A stretch of DNA of 64,000 bases from Pyrinomonadaceae bacterium (GTDB taxonomy: Bacteria; Acidobacteriota; Blastocatellia; Pyrinomonadales; Pyrinomonadaceae). The position numbers and the translations under genes were made by a program. The notes beneath the pieces were generated by a model. The model saw nothing but the letters and a program-made list of their open reading frames with translations, did no database searches and was not told the origin of the DNA. Location of the stretch: contig DAIRFV010000003.1 of the NCBI GenBank assembly GCA_036794905.1, positions 3,866 through 67,865 on the forward strand. The letters are read 5' to 3'. This document shows positions 53,687-63,684 of this stretch, one piece after another (within the stretch, counting starts at the first letter, position 1; every line of letters begins with the position of its first letter).

Positions 53687-55309
53687 ATGAAACTCTTCAT
53701 TAAAGCTAGTCCTAACTTGAGCCGCGCCGTGCGAAGCGCGCTCGTCTGCCTCCTCGTCGTCTCGTCCGGCGCGCCGGCGCACGCGCGGCCGGCCGGCGGC
53801 GCGCGCGGACTGCCGCGCAGCACGCCGGAGCGGCAGGGCATCTCCTCGGCCGCCGTCCTCGCGTTCGTCGAGGCGGCCGACCGTGAGGTAGACCAGATGC
53901 ACAGCTTCATGCTGGTGCGCCGCGGCCACGTCGTCGCCGAAGGCTGGTGGTCGCCTTACGACGCGCGCACGCCGCACGTGCTCTACTCGCTGAGCAAGAG
54001 TTTTACCTCCACGGCCGTCGGGCTGGCCGTCGCCGAGGGCAAGCTCAGTCTCGACGACGAGGTTCTAAAATTCTTCCCCGGAGAGGCCCCGGCCGAGCCT
54101 TCGCAGAACCTGCGCTCGATGCGCGTCCGCGACCTTCTGCGGATGTCTTCGGGGAACCAGACGGAGGCCAATTTTTTCGCGCCCGACCCGGCGACGCCCG
54201 GCGCCAGTTGGGTCAGGCGTTTCCTCGCGCACCCCGTCCCGTTCAAGCCGGGCACGCACTTCCTCTACAACTCGCCGGCCACGTACATGCTCTCGGCCAT
54301 CGTGCAGAAGGCGACGGGGGCGACCGTGCTCGAATACCTCCGGCCGCGGCTCTTCGACCCGCTGGGCTTCGAGAACCCGACGTGGATGGCCAGCCCGCAG
54401 GGCGTCACGGCCGGCGCCTACGGACTGTCCGCGCGCACCGAAGAGATCGCGCGCTTCGGGCAGCTCTATCTACAGAAGGGCGCGTGGCAGGGGCGTCAAC
54501 TGATTCCCGCGTCGTGGGTCGAGGAGGCGACGGCGCGGCAGACCTCGAACGGGTCTGCGCCGAAGAGCGACTGGGATCAGGGCTACGGCTACCAGTTCTG
54601 GCGCTCGCGCCACGGCTACCGCGCCGACGGCGCGTTCGGGCAGTTCTGCCTCGTCGTGCCCGAGCTGGACACTGTGGTCAGCATTACGAGCGGCGTGCGC
54701 GACATGCAGCGCGTGATGAATCTGGTCTGGGACAAACTGCTGCCCGAGATGAAGCCCGCCCGCCTGCCCGAAGACGCCGCCGCGCGTCGAAGGCTCGAAG
54801 AGAAACTCAAGGGACTGACCGTCCGATTCCGGCCGGGTCAAGCTACCTCCGCGCTCGCGGCGCGCGTGTCGGGTCGCTGGTACGAGTTCCCCGAGAACGC
54901 GCGCGGCATCGAGGCCCTCGCCTTCGACTTCCGCGGCGACTCGCCCGCGCTCGTCGTGCGCACGGCCGCGGGCGAGACGCGGACGCCCGTCGGGTTCGAG
55001 TCTTGGGCCAAAAGCCGCGGCGGCTTCGCCAACGGCCTCGAACGCGGCCTGGGCGTGCCCGCGCAGCCCTTGATGGCCGCGAGCGGCGCCTGGGCGGGCG
55101 AAGACACTTTCGCGTTAAAGATCGTCCTCTACGAGTCGCCGTACTACTCGACGCTCACGTTCAAGTTCGAAGGCGACAGGCTCCTGCTCGACTCCGAGCA
55201 CCACGTCTGGTTCGGCCCGACGAAGCAGCCGCAGTTGGTCGGCAACGCCGCGCCGCCTACTGCGTCACGACCGTCCCCATCTTCACCACCTCGAAGTCCG
55301 AGCCCCTGA
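53687..55309 (+). CDS. Serine hydrolase, beta-lactamase/transpeptidase-like (class C type)
   Basis: A signal peptide (MKLFIKASPNLSRAVRSALVCLLVVSSGAPAHA) and YSLSKSFTSTAV (SxxK). The start is set to the ATG at 53687. Confidence 0.8.
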   Translation: MKLFIKASPNLSRAVRSALVCLLVVSSGAPAHARPAGGARGLPRSTPERQGISSAAVLAFVEAADREVDQMHSFMLVRRGHVVAEGWWSPYDARTPHVLYSLSKSFTSTAVGLAVAEGKLSLDDEVLKFFPGEAPAEPSQNLRSMRVRDLLRMSSGNQTEANFFAPDPATPGASWVRRFLAHPVPFKPGTHFLYNSPATYMLSAIVQKATGATVLEYLRPRLFDPLGFENPTWMASPQGVTAGAYGLSARTEEIARFGQLYLQKGAWQGRQLIPASWVEEATARQTSNGSAPKSDWDQGYGYQFWRSRHGYRADGAFGQFCLVVPELDTVVSITSGVRDMQRVMNLVWDKLLPEMKPARLPEDAAARRRLEEKLKGLTVRFRPGQATSALAARVSGRWYEFPENARGIEALAFDFRGDSPALVVRTAAGETRTPVGFESWAKSRGGFANGLERGLGVPAQPLMAASGAWAGEDTFALKIVLYESPYYSTLTFKFEGDRLLLDSEHHVWFGPTKQPQLVGNAAPPTASRPSPSSPPRSPSP

Positions 55310-56600
55310 GCGACTTCAGCGCGCGCAGCTCGTCGTCGTCCCAGCGCGGGTCGGGCGCGCCGCTGACGTACCAGTTGCTGCCGTTGTCGGCCAGAATCAT
55401 CCCGTACTTCTTGAGCGCCCGCAGGATGACCTGCATCGCGGGCGAGTAGCCCGCGATGTCTACGGAGGCTTTCAGGCGCACGCGCATGCCCATCGGCGGC
55501 AGGTTCGGGTCGGGGTTGCTGCTGGCGAAGTGGCGCGCGGGATGAACGTAGGCGCGGCGCGTGCGCGCGGCCGTGAAGCGCAGCGCGTGCGCGATCTCGC
55601 GGCGGCCGAAGACCTCGTCGTAGCGGACGAGGCCGGGGAAGATGGGCAGCCCCGCGGCGTCGGCCGAAGTCCAGCCCGCGGGCCGGAGCGCGTTCGAGCC
55701 GAGGTCGAAGACGGCGCCGCTCTCGGCGCTCCAGCCCGAGCCGCTGGGGAAGGCGCGGTAGAGCTCGTAGAGCTTCCAGTTGTCGCGGTCGATGACGATG
55801 ACGTGTCGGTCGCCGGTGCCGTTGGGGCCGCCCTCGACGGGCGCGTCCGCGGGGACGGGGTAAGGGCCGGGGTCGCTCTCGTCGCCGTAGGCCGTGAAGG
55901 TGATGGGCACCTTCGTTTGCGAGCCCGAGACGACGACGTACGGGATGCCGTTCGGCGCGCCGTTCCAGACCGTGCCGAAGTCCGGGTGGAGCGTGGTATT
56001 GAGTCCGATGCTCGCGATGAGGTTGGCCGAGTTCGGGTCTACGGGCTCGGCCGACACGTCCCGGTTCCAGGCGTTGTCCGCGGGGAACAAACGCTTGCCG
56101 TTGAGGCTCGCGCCCGCGCCGAGGTCTGGCTGCTGACTCCCGACGCGGAAGCGCACGCGGTTGCTCGACTGCCCGCGGAGTGTGACGGAGATTAGCACCT
56201 CGCCCGTCGCCGCGGACATCTGGTCGCTCAGTCTGACGACGATTGAACTCATCCACTCGAAGCCGGGCACAGGGTCAACGCGCTCGACCGTCAGGGGGTA
56301 GACGTTGTGCGCCGCGTCCTCGGCCGTCGCCGTCAGCGCGGACGGCGTCTCGCCGGGGAGCAGCCCCGCGTTCTCCGCGAAGAGCATCACGCGCGTGCGC
56401 GCGTCCGCGCTGAAGGCCGGGACTTGCGTGACGGGGAACGGGTCGCGCGCGCGCGTCACCGGCTCGACGGCGAGGGCCTGGTCAGTCCCCTCCTCCGCGA
56501 CGAGACGGGGCGCAGCCGTCTGGGCTAACACGGGGCGCGCAGTCGTCGCGCACACGCACAGTAAGAGGCACGACAGTGCCGCCACGTTCCGACGGAACAT
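55257..56600 (-). CDS. Secreted hypothetical protein
   Basis: The 447-aa ORF has a signal peptide (MFRRNVAALSCLLLCVCATTARPVLAQ) and high GC3. I recognise no family. It converges on and overlaps the previous gene by 53 nt. Confidence 0.6.
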   Translation of the reverse strand: MFRRNVAALSCLLLCVCATTARPVLAQTAAPRLVAEEGTDQALAVEPVTRARDPFPVTQVPAFSADARTRVMLFAENAGLLPGETPSALTATAEDAAHNVYPLTVERVDPVPGFEWMSSIVVRLSDQMSAATGEVLISVTLRGQSSNRVRFRVGSQQPDLGAGASLNGKRLFPADNAWNRDVSAEPVDPNSANLIASIGLNTTLHPDFGTVWNGAPNGIPYVVVSGSQTKVPITFTAYGDESDPGPYPVPADAPVEGGPNGTGDRHVIVIDRDNWKLYELYRAFPSGSGWSAESGAVFDLGSNALRPAGWTSADAAGLPIFPGLVRYDEVFGRREIAHALRFTAARTRRAYVHPARHFASSNPDPNLPPMGMRVRLKASVDIAGYSPAMQVILRALKKYGMILADNGSNWYVSGAPDPRWDDDELRALKSLRGSDFEVVKMGTVVTQ

Positions 56601-56745
56601 CCAGGGAGACCTCCGAAGCTCGTTTCAAATGTGGGGCGTTACTGTCCTGCGGTTGGGGGCGTGAGAAGGGGGGCGAACTATCTCGACAAGGATTCTAACG
56701 CAGCGGGTCGCGGCGCGACAAGAAGGTAGTTGGACACCCGTCGAA

Positions 56746-58677
56746 TCATTCGGGCAGCGCGTAGGCGACCAGTGTGTCCGAGAGCGCGGGGCTGAGGTCG
56801 CGCAGGAAGCCGCCGCCGCCCGCGGCGACGACGACGAACTGGCGGCCCCGGCGGCCCCTGTAGGTCATCGGCGTGGCGTGGCCTCCGGCTTCGAGTCGCG
56901 CCTGCCAGAGCACGCGCCCCGTCCTCGCGTCGAAGGCGCGGAAGAGTCGGTCGGTGGTGGCCGCGATGAAGACGAGGCCGCCCGCGGTGACGATGGAGCC
57001 GCCGAGGTTCTGCGTCCCCGTGTCGCGCACGCCGCGCGCCTCAAGCTCCTCGACGACGCCGAGCGGCACCTTCCAGACGACCTCGCCGCGGTTCAGATCG
57101 ACGGCGCTCAGAGTCCCCCACGGGGGTTGTTGACACGGCCAACCCCGCTCGTCGCGGAACCACGCGTACTCCTCGAAACGGCCCTGCCGCATGTAGGGCA
57201 CGGCCGAGCCCTCGGGCTGCGGCGTCATCTCGCCCACCGCGCCGTCCTCGTTCATGTTGACGAAGAGCAGCCCCGAAGCGGGGTCGAAGGAGCCGCCCGA
57301 CCAGTTGCCGCCGCCGTGGAAGCCCGGGAACGTGAGCGTCGGGGTGAGCCCGACCGGCGTGTACAGCCCCTTGTTGACGAGCCGGTCGAAGAGGGCGGTG
57401 CAGAAGCGTTCCGACTCGGGCGTGACGCGGCTGACTTCGGCGCGCGTCATGGACTGGCGCGCGAGCGCGGGCGGCTTCGAGGGGAAGGGCTGCGTGGGCC
57501 ACGTCGCCTCGCCGGGCACGTCCGTCTGCGGCACCGCGCGCTCTTCGACGGGGAACAGGGGCCTTCCCGTCAGGCGGTCGAGCACGAAGACGAAACCCGT
57601 CTTGGTGATGACGGCGACGGCCGGGACACTCCGTCCCTTCCCGCGCCACGTGAAGAGGACGGGCTGCGCCGGCAGGTCGTAGTCCCAGAGGTCGTGGTGG
57701 ACGGTCTGGAAGTGCCAGAGCAGTCTGCCCGTCGCGGCGTCGAGCGCGACCAGCGAGTTGCCGAAGAGGTTCTGCCCCTTCCGGTCGCCGCCGTAAAAAT
57801 CATAGGCGGGCGAGCCGACGGGGAGGAAGACGATGCCGCGCGCCTCGTCCACGCTCATCAGAGACCAGACGTTCGTCCCCGCCCGCTCCTTCCACGAGTC
57901 GCCCTCCCACGTCTCGTGTCCCGTCTCGCCCGGGCGCGGCACGGTGTGGAACGTCCACGCGCGCGCGCCGGTGCGGACGTGGTACGCGCGCACGTCGCCG
58001 CTCGGCCCCTTCGAGGGCGACTCGGGCAGACCCCAGCCGACGATGACGAGGTCTTTGTAGACGACGGGCGGCGAGGTCACGCGCGCGCCCCACACGGGGT
58101 CGTTCGCCCACGCGCCCGCGCCACCGGCGCGCAGGTCGATGAAGCCGCCGCTCCCGAAGTCCGGGTGAGTCTTCCCCGTCTCGGCGTCGAGCGCGTACAG
58201 CCTTCCGTCAACCGTGCCGAGGAGGATGCGCCTGTCCCTCCTCCGGCCGTCAGTCCCGCGCCCCTCCCAGTAGGCGACGCCGCGGTGCGAGTTGAAGCCG
58301 CGCACCCCGCGCCCCGCCTGCGGATCGAACGCCCAGAGTTCCCGGCCCGTCTCCGCGTCGAGCGCGATGACGCGGCTCGAAGGCGTGGTCAGGTACATCA
58401 CGCCCGCGACGACGAGCGGCGTCGTCGAGAAAGAGGCCCTGAACGGCGCGTCCTTCAGCCCCAGCCCGAGCTCGCCCGTGCGATAGACCCACGCCCTTTG
58501 CAGGCGACCGACGTTGCGCCGGTCTATCTGCCGCAAAGGCGAATGGCGCGCGCCCCCCTGGTCGCCGCCGTAGAAGCGCCACTCCGTCGCGCGCGCCTGC
58601 GCGTGACAGTGCGTGGAGTTAAAAGGCGAGAGGGTCAGGCACAGGGCCAGTACAGTTAAGAGTCGAATAAGAGACAT
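56746..58677 (-). CDS. PQQ-dependent dehydrogenase (quinoprotein glucose/alcohol dehydrogenase family)
   Basis: WRFYGGDQGGARHSPLRQI, a beta-propeller W-motif periodicity and DLWDYD. The start is set to the ATG at 58677 (MSLIRLLTVLALCL...). Confidence 0.85.
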   Translation of the reverse strand: MSLIRLLTVLALCLTLSPFNSTHCHAQARATEWRFYGGDQGGARHSPLRQIDRRNVGRLQRAWVYRTGELGLGLKDAPFRASFSTTPLVVAGVMYLTTPSSRVIALDAETGRELWAFDPQAGRGVRGFNSHRGVAYWEGRGTDGRRRDRRILLGTVDGRLYALDAETGKTHPDFGSGGFIDLRAGGAGAWANDPVWGARVTSPPVVYKDLVIVGWGLPESPSKGPSGDVRAYHVRTGARAWTFHTVPRPGETGHETWEGDSWKERAGTNVWSLMSVDEARGIVFLPVGSPAYDFYGGDRKGQNLFGNSLVALDAATGRLLWHFQTVHHDLWDYDLPAQPVLFTWRGKGRSVPAVAVITKTGFVFVLDRLTGRPLFPVEERAVPQTDVPGEATWPTQPFPSKPPALARQSMTRAEVSRVTPESERFCTALFDRLVNKGLYTPVGLTPTLTFPGFHGGGNWSGGSFDPASGLLFVNMNEDGAVGEMTPQPEGSAVPYMRQGRFEEYAWFRDERGWPCQQPPWGTLSAVDLNRGEVVWKVPLGVVEELEARGVRDTGTQNLGGSIVTAGGLVFIAATTDRLFRAFDARTGRVLWQARLEAGGHATPMTYRGRRGRQFVVVAAGGGGFLRDLSPALSDTLVAYALPE

Positions 58678-58726
58678 GCAGACTTCGTGAAGCCCCGGAC
58701 GCCGCCTTCGGAGTTCGACGCTGGGC

Positions 58727-60124
58727 CTATGCACTCAACTTGGAGAGACCGTCACGGCCGGCGTTGTGCTTCGCCGCGCGGAACCATTCGAGCACGAAGG
58801 CGGCGGCCGGGAAACCGAGCGCGGCGTCGAGCGGGAAGAGCGCGCGCGCGAGTTCGCGGCGGGCGGCGCGCGAGAAGGCGCGCTCGATCTCGGCGCGCGC
58901 CGCGTCGAGCCCTTCGACGATGGTCGTGTCGAGGTCGCGCCCGCCGCGCGCGCGCCGCCACGCGAACTCGTAGAGGCGCAGCCGCCCCTCGTCCTCGGCC
59001 GCGCCGGTGACGACCGTCAGGAGGTGCGTGGCCTCCGTCTCCTCGACGATCTCGGCGGCGCGGCGCGCGAACGCCGGGGTGAGATCGCCGTCGCGCGTGA
59101 CGACGATGAAGGAGCTGCCGCAGACCTCCGCGGCGAGATACGACTCGCCGTGCGGCGTGGGCGGCCCCGTCGAGATGTCGCTCTCGGGGACGCCGAGCGA
59201 GCGCACGAGGCGGTAGACGCGGTTGGCGAGCCAGCCGCCGTCGGCGAGCAGCGCGACGGCGAGCCGCGAGGGGCTGAAGGTCTCTTCGACCACCTCGTCG
59301 GCGACGGGCGCGGCGCAGAGGCTGCAACGCGCGCGGCTGATGGTGACGGCGGCGAGCGAGTCGGGCGAGGGCAGGTCGAAGAGCGCGTGCCCCGACTTGC
59401 GGCAGCTCACGCGCAGCTCGCGCTCCAACAGCCCGGCCTCCAGCATCCTCTCGACCGAGACGTTGCCGCTTGCGCTGGCCTCGGCCAGCAGGCGCCGCGG
59501 CGTGTAGCCCTCGCGCCGCAGCACCTCGATGCGCTTGAGGAAGTCGCGGACGGCGCGCTCCTCCAACATCTCCGCGGCGCGCGCGCGGTCGCGCCCGCCG
59601 CGCATCGCCGCCGCGGTGCGGACGAACTCCTCGGGCTGGATGGCCGCGAAGCGCGCGAGCCCCACCCCGACGCCGCGCGCGCGCGGGCGCCAGAGCGGGA
59701 GCAGCGCCTGCGACTCCGACGACGGCGACGACGCCTCTTCGCGGAGTGAGCCTAAAGCCTCGTGCACCTCGCGGCAGAAGCGTTCGAGCCGCGCGAGCGG
59801 CTCCGCGGTGTTGAGGTCGTAGACGATGCTCGCCGCCGTCTCGCCCTCGCCGAAGACGAGCGCGAGCAGGCAGTCGCCGCCGCGGAAGAGTTCGCCCGGC
59901 GTGTACGCCACCTGGCCGCCCGCGCCCCCGCCGCGCGCCGCGCACGCGCGCTCCAACTCCGCCGCCGCGGCTTCCGAACCGTCCCCGGCGAGCGCGCCGA
60001 AGATTTGCCGCCGCTTCGAACGCACGAGGGGCGCGAGCCCCCTCCCCGCCAGCGCGTCGAGCAGACGCAGGCGTCCGCCTTCGTCGGGCGAGAGCGCGAG
60101 ACTGTTGCTCTGGATGAAAAGCAT
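58727..60124 (-). CDS. Hypothetical protein (465 aa)
   Basis: A long ORF with GC-rich third positions. I recognise no family and see no obvious SD. Confidence 0.5.
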   Translation of the reverse strand: MLFIQSNSLALSPDEGGRLRLLDALAGRGLAPLVRSKRRQIFGALAGDGSEAAAAELERACAARGGGAGGQVAYTPGELFRGGDCLLALVFGEGETAASIVYDLNTAEPLARLERFCREVHEALGSLREEASSPSSESQALLPLWRPRARGVGVGLARFAAIQPEEFVRTAAAMRGGRDRARAAEMLEERAVRDFLKRIEVLRREGYTPRRLLAEASASGNVSVERMLEAGLLERELRVSCRKSGHALFDLPSPDSLAAVTISRARCSLCAAPVADEVVEETFSPSRLAVALLADGGWLANRVYRLVRSLGVPESDISTGPPTPHGESYLAAEVCGSSFIVVTRDGDLTPAFARRAAEIVEETEATHLLTVVTGAAEDEGRLRLYEFAWRRARGGRDLDTTIVEGLDAARAEIERAFSRAARRELARALFPLDAALGFPAAAFVLEWFRAAKHNAGRDGLSKLSA

Positions 60125-60130
60125 AGGGGA

Positions 60131-60242
60131 AGTAGACAGTAGTCAGTAGACAGTAGTCAGTAGAAAAACCGTCGTCGCTCGAACCGTGCGGTTCTCATCA
60201 TCAACGTCAGCAGAGCAGAGCCTACTGTCTACTGGCTACTGC
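60131..60242. repeat. Heptad-periodic hairpin element (AGTAGAC/AGTAGTC arms)
   Basis: Left arm AGTAGACAGTAGTCAGTAGACAGTAGTCAGTAG (60131-60163) pairs with right arm CCTACTGTCTACTGGCTACTGC (60221-60242) over ~20 bp with one mismatch. The 57-bp interior contains the mini-palindrome GAACCGTGCGGTTC. Confidence 0.8.
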
Positions 60243-60244
60243 TT

Positions 60245-61279
60245 TCACGGCTTGACTCTTATCTTCACGCGCTCGCCGCCGGTGAAGCCCTCGGGGTAGC
60301 GGCGCTCGCGCGCCATGCCGAGCGCGACCGCTTCGAAAGGGCCGGCGCCGGGGCGCGGGTTCCAGACGCGCGCGTCCGTCACGCGCCCGTCCTTGACCTC
60401 GACGAGGACTTCGACGACGTACTCGCGGCGCGGCGCCGGCACGCCGTCGAACCTGCGCGAGCCGACGACCGCGGCGGCCGAGGGCACGGGCGGCGCCGGT
60501 TCCTTGAGGGCCGCCTCCGCGTTCGCGCTCGGCGTCGGCGCGGGCCGGGCCGCCGTCTGCACCTCGGCGGCGGGCGCGGCGTCCGTCTGCGCCGCGGGGG
60601 CGTCGGCCGCGGACTCCGCGCGCCGTCCGAAGAAGGGGCCGTAGAGGACGTGGAGCGTCGTGACCACACTCAGGCCGACGAGGAAGCCGATGACGACGGC
60701 GTAGACGAGGCGCTCGCGCGAGAAGCGGCGCGCGGACTTGGCGATGGCGCCCTCGACGGCCGAGAGCCGGTCTTCGAGCGGCGCCAGCAACTCCTCCGCG
60801 CCGGGGCCGAGTTGGAGCGGCACCCGCTCCGGCAGGGCGGCGTGCCCGCCCTGCGCGTCTGAACGGGCTCCGATGACGGGCACCTCGGCCAGCCCCTCGC
60901 GCCGCGGCGCTTCGACGAGGTCGCGTATGAACTGCTGCCCCTGCCGGTCGATGTTGCGCTCGGGCGGGCGCACCAGCGGGTTGAAGTTGAACGAGCCGCC
61001 TTCGAGCGCGAGCGCCGCGTAGAGCGCCTCGACGCCGCGCAGCTCGCCCAGGCGCGCGTCCACCATCTGCCCGTCCTCGAAGAAGAACGCGCCCGGCCCG
61101 TCCGCGTACTCGACCTGCAAGCGGCCCGACTTGCGCTGCACGCGCAGGCGGCGGATGAGGTCGGGCAGGGGCTGCTCCTGAGTGTGGCCGGTCAAGACCA
61201 CGAACTGTGTGCGCTCGATGTTTTCCACTCGCAGGTTCCTGACTGAAAGGTCGGCCGCGGCCGAATGACGGGACAGCAA
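60245..61279 (-). CDS. DUF4388-like N-terminal domain protein with a TonB-C-like C-terminus
   Basis: PLPDLIRRLRVQRKSGRLQV...GAFFFEDGQMVDARLGELRGVEALYAAL matches the DUF4388 pattern. A TM segment, a Pro/Ala linker and a C-terminal VEVLVEVKDGRVTDARV (TonB_C-like) follow. The annotated start is a TTG and is uncertain. Confidence 0.55.
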   Translation of the reverse strand: MLSRHSAAADLSVRNLRVENIERTQFVVLTGHTQEQPLPDLIRRLRVQRKSGRLQVEYADGPGAFFFEDGQMVDARLGELRGVEALYAALALEGGSFNFNPLVRPPERNIDRQGQQFIRDLVEAPRREGLAEVPVIGARSDAQGGHAALPERVPLQLGPGAEELLAPLEDRLSAVEGAIAKSARRFSRERLVYAVVIGFLVGLSVVTTLHVLYGPFFGRRAESAADAPAAQTDAAPAAEVQTAARPAPTPSANAEAALKEPAPPVPSAAAVVGSRRFDGVPAPRREYVVEVLVEVKDGRVTDARVWNPRPGAGPFEAVALGMARERRYPEGFTGGERVKIRVKP

Positions 61280-61306
61280 TTTATACCAACGCCCGGAATT
61301 AGGGAA

Positions 61307-61536
<230 letters not shown>

Positions 61537-61537
61537 T

Positions 61538-61567
61538 TTGGACAACGCCGCACGGCTGAAATATAAT
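61538..61567 (+). promoter_or_regulatory. Candidate sigma70-type promoter for the TPR/export gene
   Basis: TTGGAC (61538-61543), an 18-nt spacer, then TATAAT (61562-61567), about 240 nt upstream of the ATG at 61807. Based on sequence pattern only. Confidence 0.25.
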
Positions 61568-61806
61568 CCGGTCACCGTCATTACGCTTTGACGACACTCT
61601 CCCGCTCGGGTTGTAACGTCCCCTACAACATTCAACGGCCGACGCCCACGCGCGAGCGAACGGATGAAACACCCTCGCCCGGTCATCGCACACACGCGGA
61701 GGAGTGCCCGCGCGGCCTCCGTGCCTTCGCGCGCCCCGCGCGCGAGACGAGCCCTTCACGTTCTCTTTGACAGATTGACTTCAGACCGCGGGGAGACGAC
61801 TGCCTT

Positions 61807-63684
61807 ATGAAGAAGATTTTCCGGCCCTGCCTCATCGCGTGCGCGATTCTTTGCGCCGCGCCCGCGGCGCGCGTCGTGGCGTTCGCGCCGCAGGGGAGCG
61901 CGGACGTGAGCTACCGCGACGGCGCGCGCTACGCGCTCGAAGGGCGTCTGGCCGAGGCGGCGCGCGCCTTCGAGCAGGCCGTCGCCCTCGACCCCTCGAA
62001 CGGCAACGCACACTACGCGCTCGGCAACGTCTACGCGGAGATGGGGCGCTGGGCCGACGCCGTCAACGCCTACTACAAGGCCCTCAGTCTTAACAAAGAG
62101 GACGTGGAGGCGCTGAACAACCTCGGCGTCGCGCTCGGGATGCGCGGCCAGCACGTGCAGGCGGCCTCGGCCTTCCAGCGGGCGATCAAGGTTTACCCGA
62201 AGTGGGCCGAGCCCCACTACCACCTGGGCGAGGCGCGCCGCGCGCTCGGGCAGGAGGAGGAGGCGCGCGAGGCGTTCGAACGCGCGATACGCCTGCGCCC
62301 CGACTACGCCGCGCGCCCGCCGCGCCCGTTCGCGAAGACCGCCCCCGCCCCGCCCCCGCGCGGCGGAACCCTTGAGGCCATGCGCGCCGTCAACCTCGGC
62401 CAGGGCTTCCCCGAAAGAGTCGCTTCGACTTCGGCGGCAACCGAGAAGGTCGCTCCGACCCCGACGGCAACCGAGAGGGTCGCTCCGACCCCGGCGCCGC
62501 CGGCACCAGCGTCCTCTTCGCCCGCGCCGCCCGGAACGGTCGCGCCGGGCGCGAACACGACCCCGCGCACGGCCCCGCCCGACGAAGCGGCGCCCCCCGA
62601 CACCGCGCGCGACGCCGAGTCGCCCTACGAGCTCGGCGTGCGCGAGGCGCGCGCGGGCCGGCACCGCGAGGCGGTCGCGGCCTTCCGGCAGGCCGTCGCC
62701 CTCGAACGCGGCAACCCGGCCGCGTACCGCGCGCTCGGCGACGCCTACGCCGCGCTCGAAAATTGGGGCGAGTCGGTGGACGCATACGAGCAGGCCGCGC
62801 GCCTCGCCCCCGGCGACGCCGAGACCTACCAGAAACTCGGCCGCGCTTACGCGAAGCTGCGCGAGACGGCCCCGCCTCCGGATACGGCCGCCGCCGCGCC
62901 GCGCCCGGGCCCCGCCGGGAGTGCTTCGACAAACGACCCGGACCCCACGGCCGTCTACCGCGTCGGCGCGGGCGACGTGCTCGACATACGCCTGCCCGGG
63001 AGAGGCCAGCCGCGCGCGACCGTCTACGAGGTCACGCCCACGGGGCTCCTCGACCACCCGGCGCTGAAGGAGCCGCTGGCGGTCGCGGGGCTCACGCTGG
63101 AAGAGGTCGCCGCGCGGCTCGGCTCGGCGCTGGGACTGCGCGCGTCGGGCGCGGCGCCGGAGGTCGCCGTCGGCGTCAGCGAGTACAGGAGTCACGCCAT
63201 CATCGTCGGCGGGATGGTGAAGGATGCGGGGACGAAAATCCTGCAACGCGAGGGCGTGCCGCTCTACGTCATCGTCGCGCACGCGCAGCCGCTCCCGGAG
63301 GCCGGCCAGGCCGTGGTCGTCTCGCGCGCGACGGCGAGCGAGACGGTCGTTGACCTCTCGGACTCGGACGCGATGAAGACGCTCGTGCGGCCGGGCGACG
63401 TCATCACGCTGCGCGCGCGCCCGCGCCAGTTCGTCTACGTCGCGGGCGCGGTGCGCGAGCCCGGGCAGAGGGAGTTCCACGTGGGGCTCACGCTCACGCA
63501 GGCTCTGCTCGCGGCCGGGGGCGCGACCACCCCGGGCGGCGCGGTCGTCAACGTCACGCGGCAGGCGGCGGACGGGCGCCTCTCGACCACGCGTTACGTG
63601 CTCGCGGAGATTACGGCGGGCCGCGCGCCCGACCCGCCGCTGCGGCCGGGCGACCGCCTTGAGGTGCTGGGGGGAGATAGATAG
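61807..63684 (+). CDS. TPR-repeat protein fused to a polysaccharide export (Wza-like/SLBB) domain
   Basis: A signal peptide (MKKIFRPCLIACAILCAAPAA) and several TPR units (AxxAFEQAVALDPSNGNAHYALGNVY...). A Pro/Ala-rich linker follows, then YRVGAGDVLDIRLPG (Poly_export motif) and PGDVITL / PGDRLEV SLBB-like motifs. Confidence 0.8.
   Translation: MKKIFRPCLIACAILCAAPAARVVAFAPQGSADVSYRDGARYALEGRLAEAARAFEQAVALDPSNGNAHYALGNVYAEMGRWADAVNAYYKALSLNKEDVEALNNLGVALGMRGQHVQAASAFQRAIKVYPKWAEPHYHLGEARRALGQEEEAREAFERAIRLRPDYAARPPRPFAKTAPAPPPRGGTLEAMRAVNLGQGFPERVASTSAATEKVAPTPTATERVAPTPAPPAPASSSPAPPGTVAPGANTTPRTAPPDEAAPPDTARDAESPYELGVREARAGRHREAVAAFRQAVALERGNPAAYRALGDAYAALENWGESVDAYEQAARLAPGDAETYQKLGRAYAKLRETAPPPDTAAAAPRPGPAGSASTNDPDPTAVYRVGAGDVLDIRLPGRGQPRATVYEVTPTGLLDHPALKEPLAVAGLTLEEVAARLGSALGLRASGAAPEVAVGVSEYRSHAIIVGGMVKDAGTKILQREGVPLYVIVAHAQPLPEAGQAVVVSRATASETVVDLSDSDAMKTLVRPGDVITLRARPRQFVYVAGAVREPGQREFHVGLTLTQALLAAGGATTPGGAVVNVTRQAADGRLSTTRYVLAEITAGRAPDPPLRPGDRLEVLGGDR
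62434..62493 (+). repeat. 2 x 30-bp direct tandem repeat inside the linker of the TPR/export gene
   Basis: cggcaaccgagaaggtcgctccgaccccga / cggcaaccgagagggtcgctccgaccccgg, with 2 mismatches. It encodes ATEKVAPTPT/ATERVAPTPA. Confidence 0.8.

Noticed and set aside
55257-55309. The 53-nt convergent overlap between the serine hydrolase and the secreted hypothetical gene, as a regulatory antisense arrangement.
   Set aside because: The last ~20 residues of the hydrolase ORF (…PPTASRPSPSSPPRSPSP) look like low-complexity read-through in GC-rich sequence. The overlap may only reflect a late stop codon, so there is not enough evidence for a functional claim.
7335-58677. The possibility that the two PqqD-family genes together with the PQQ-dependent dehydrogenase (56746-58677) indicate a pqq cofactor biosynthesis operon.
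   Set aside because: No pqqA, pqqB, pqqC or pqqE-like genes are present. One PqqD protein sits in a lasso B1 context, and the other sits with a kinase and a nucleotidyltransferase. The dehydrogenase is 15 kb or more away from both.
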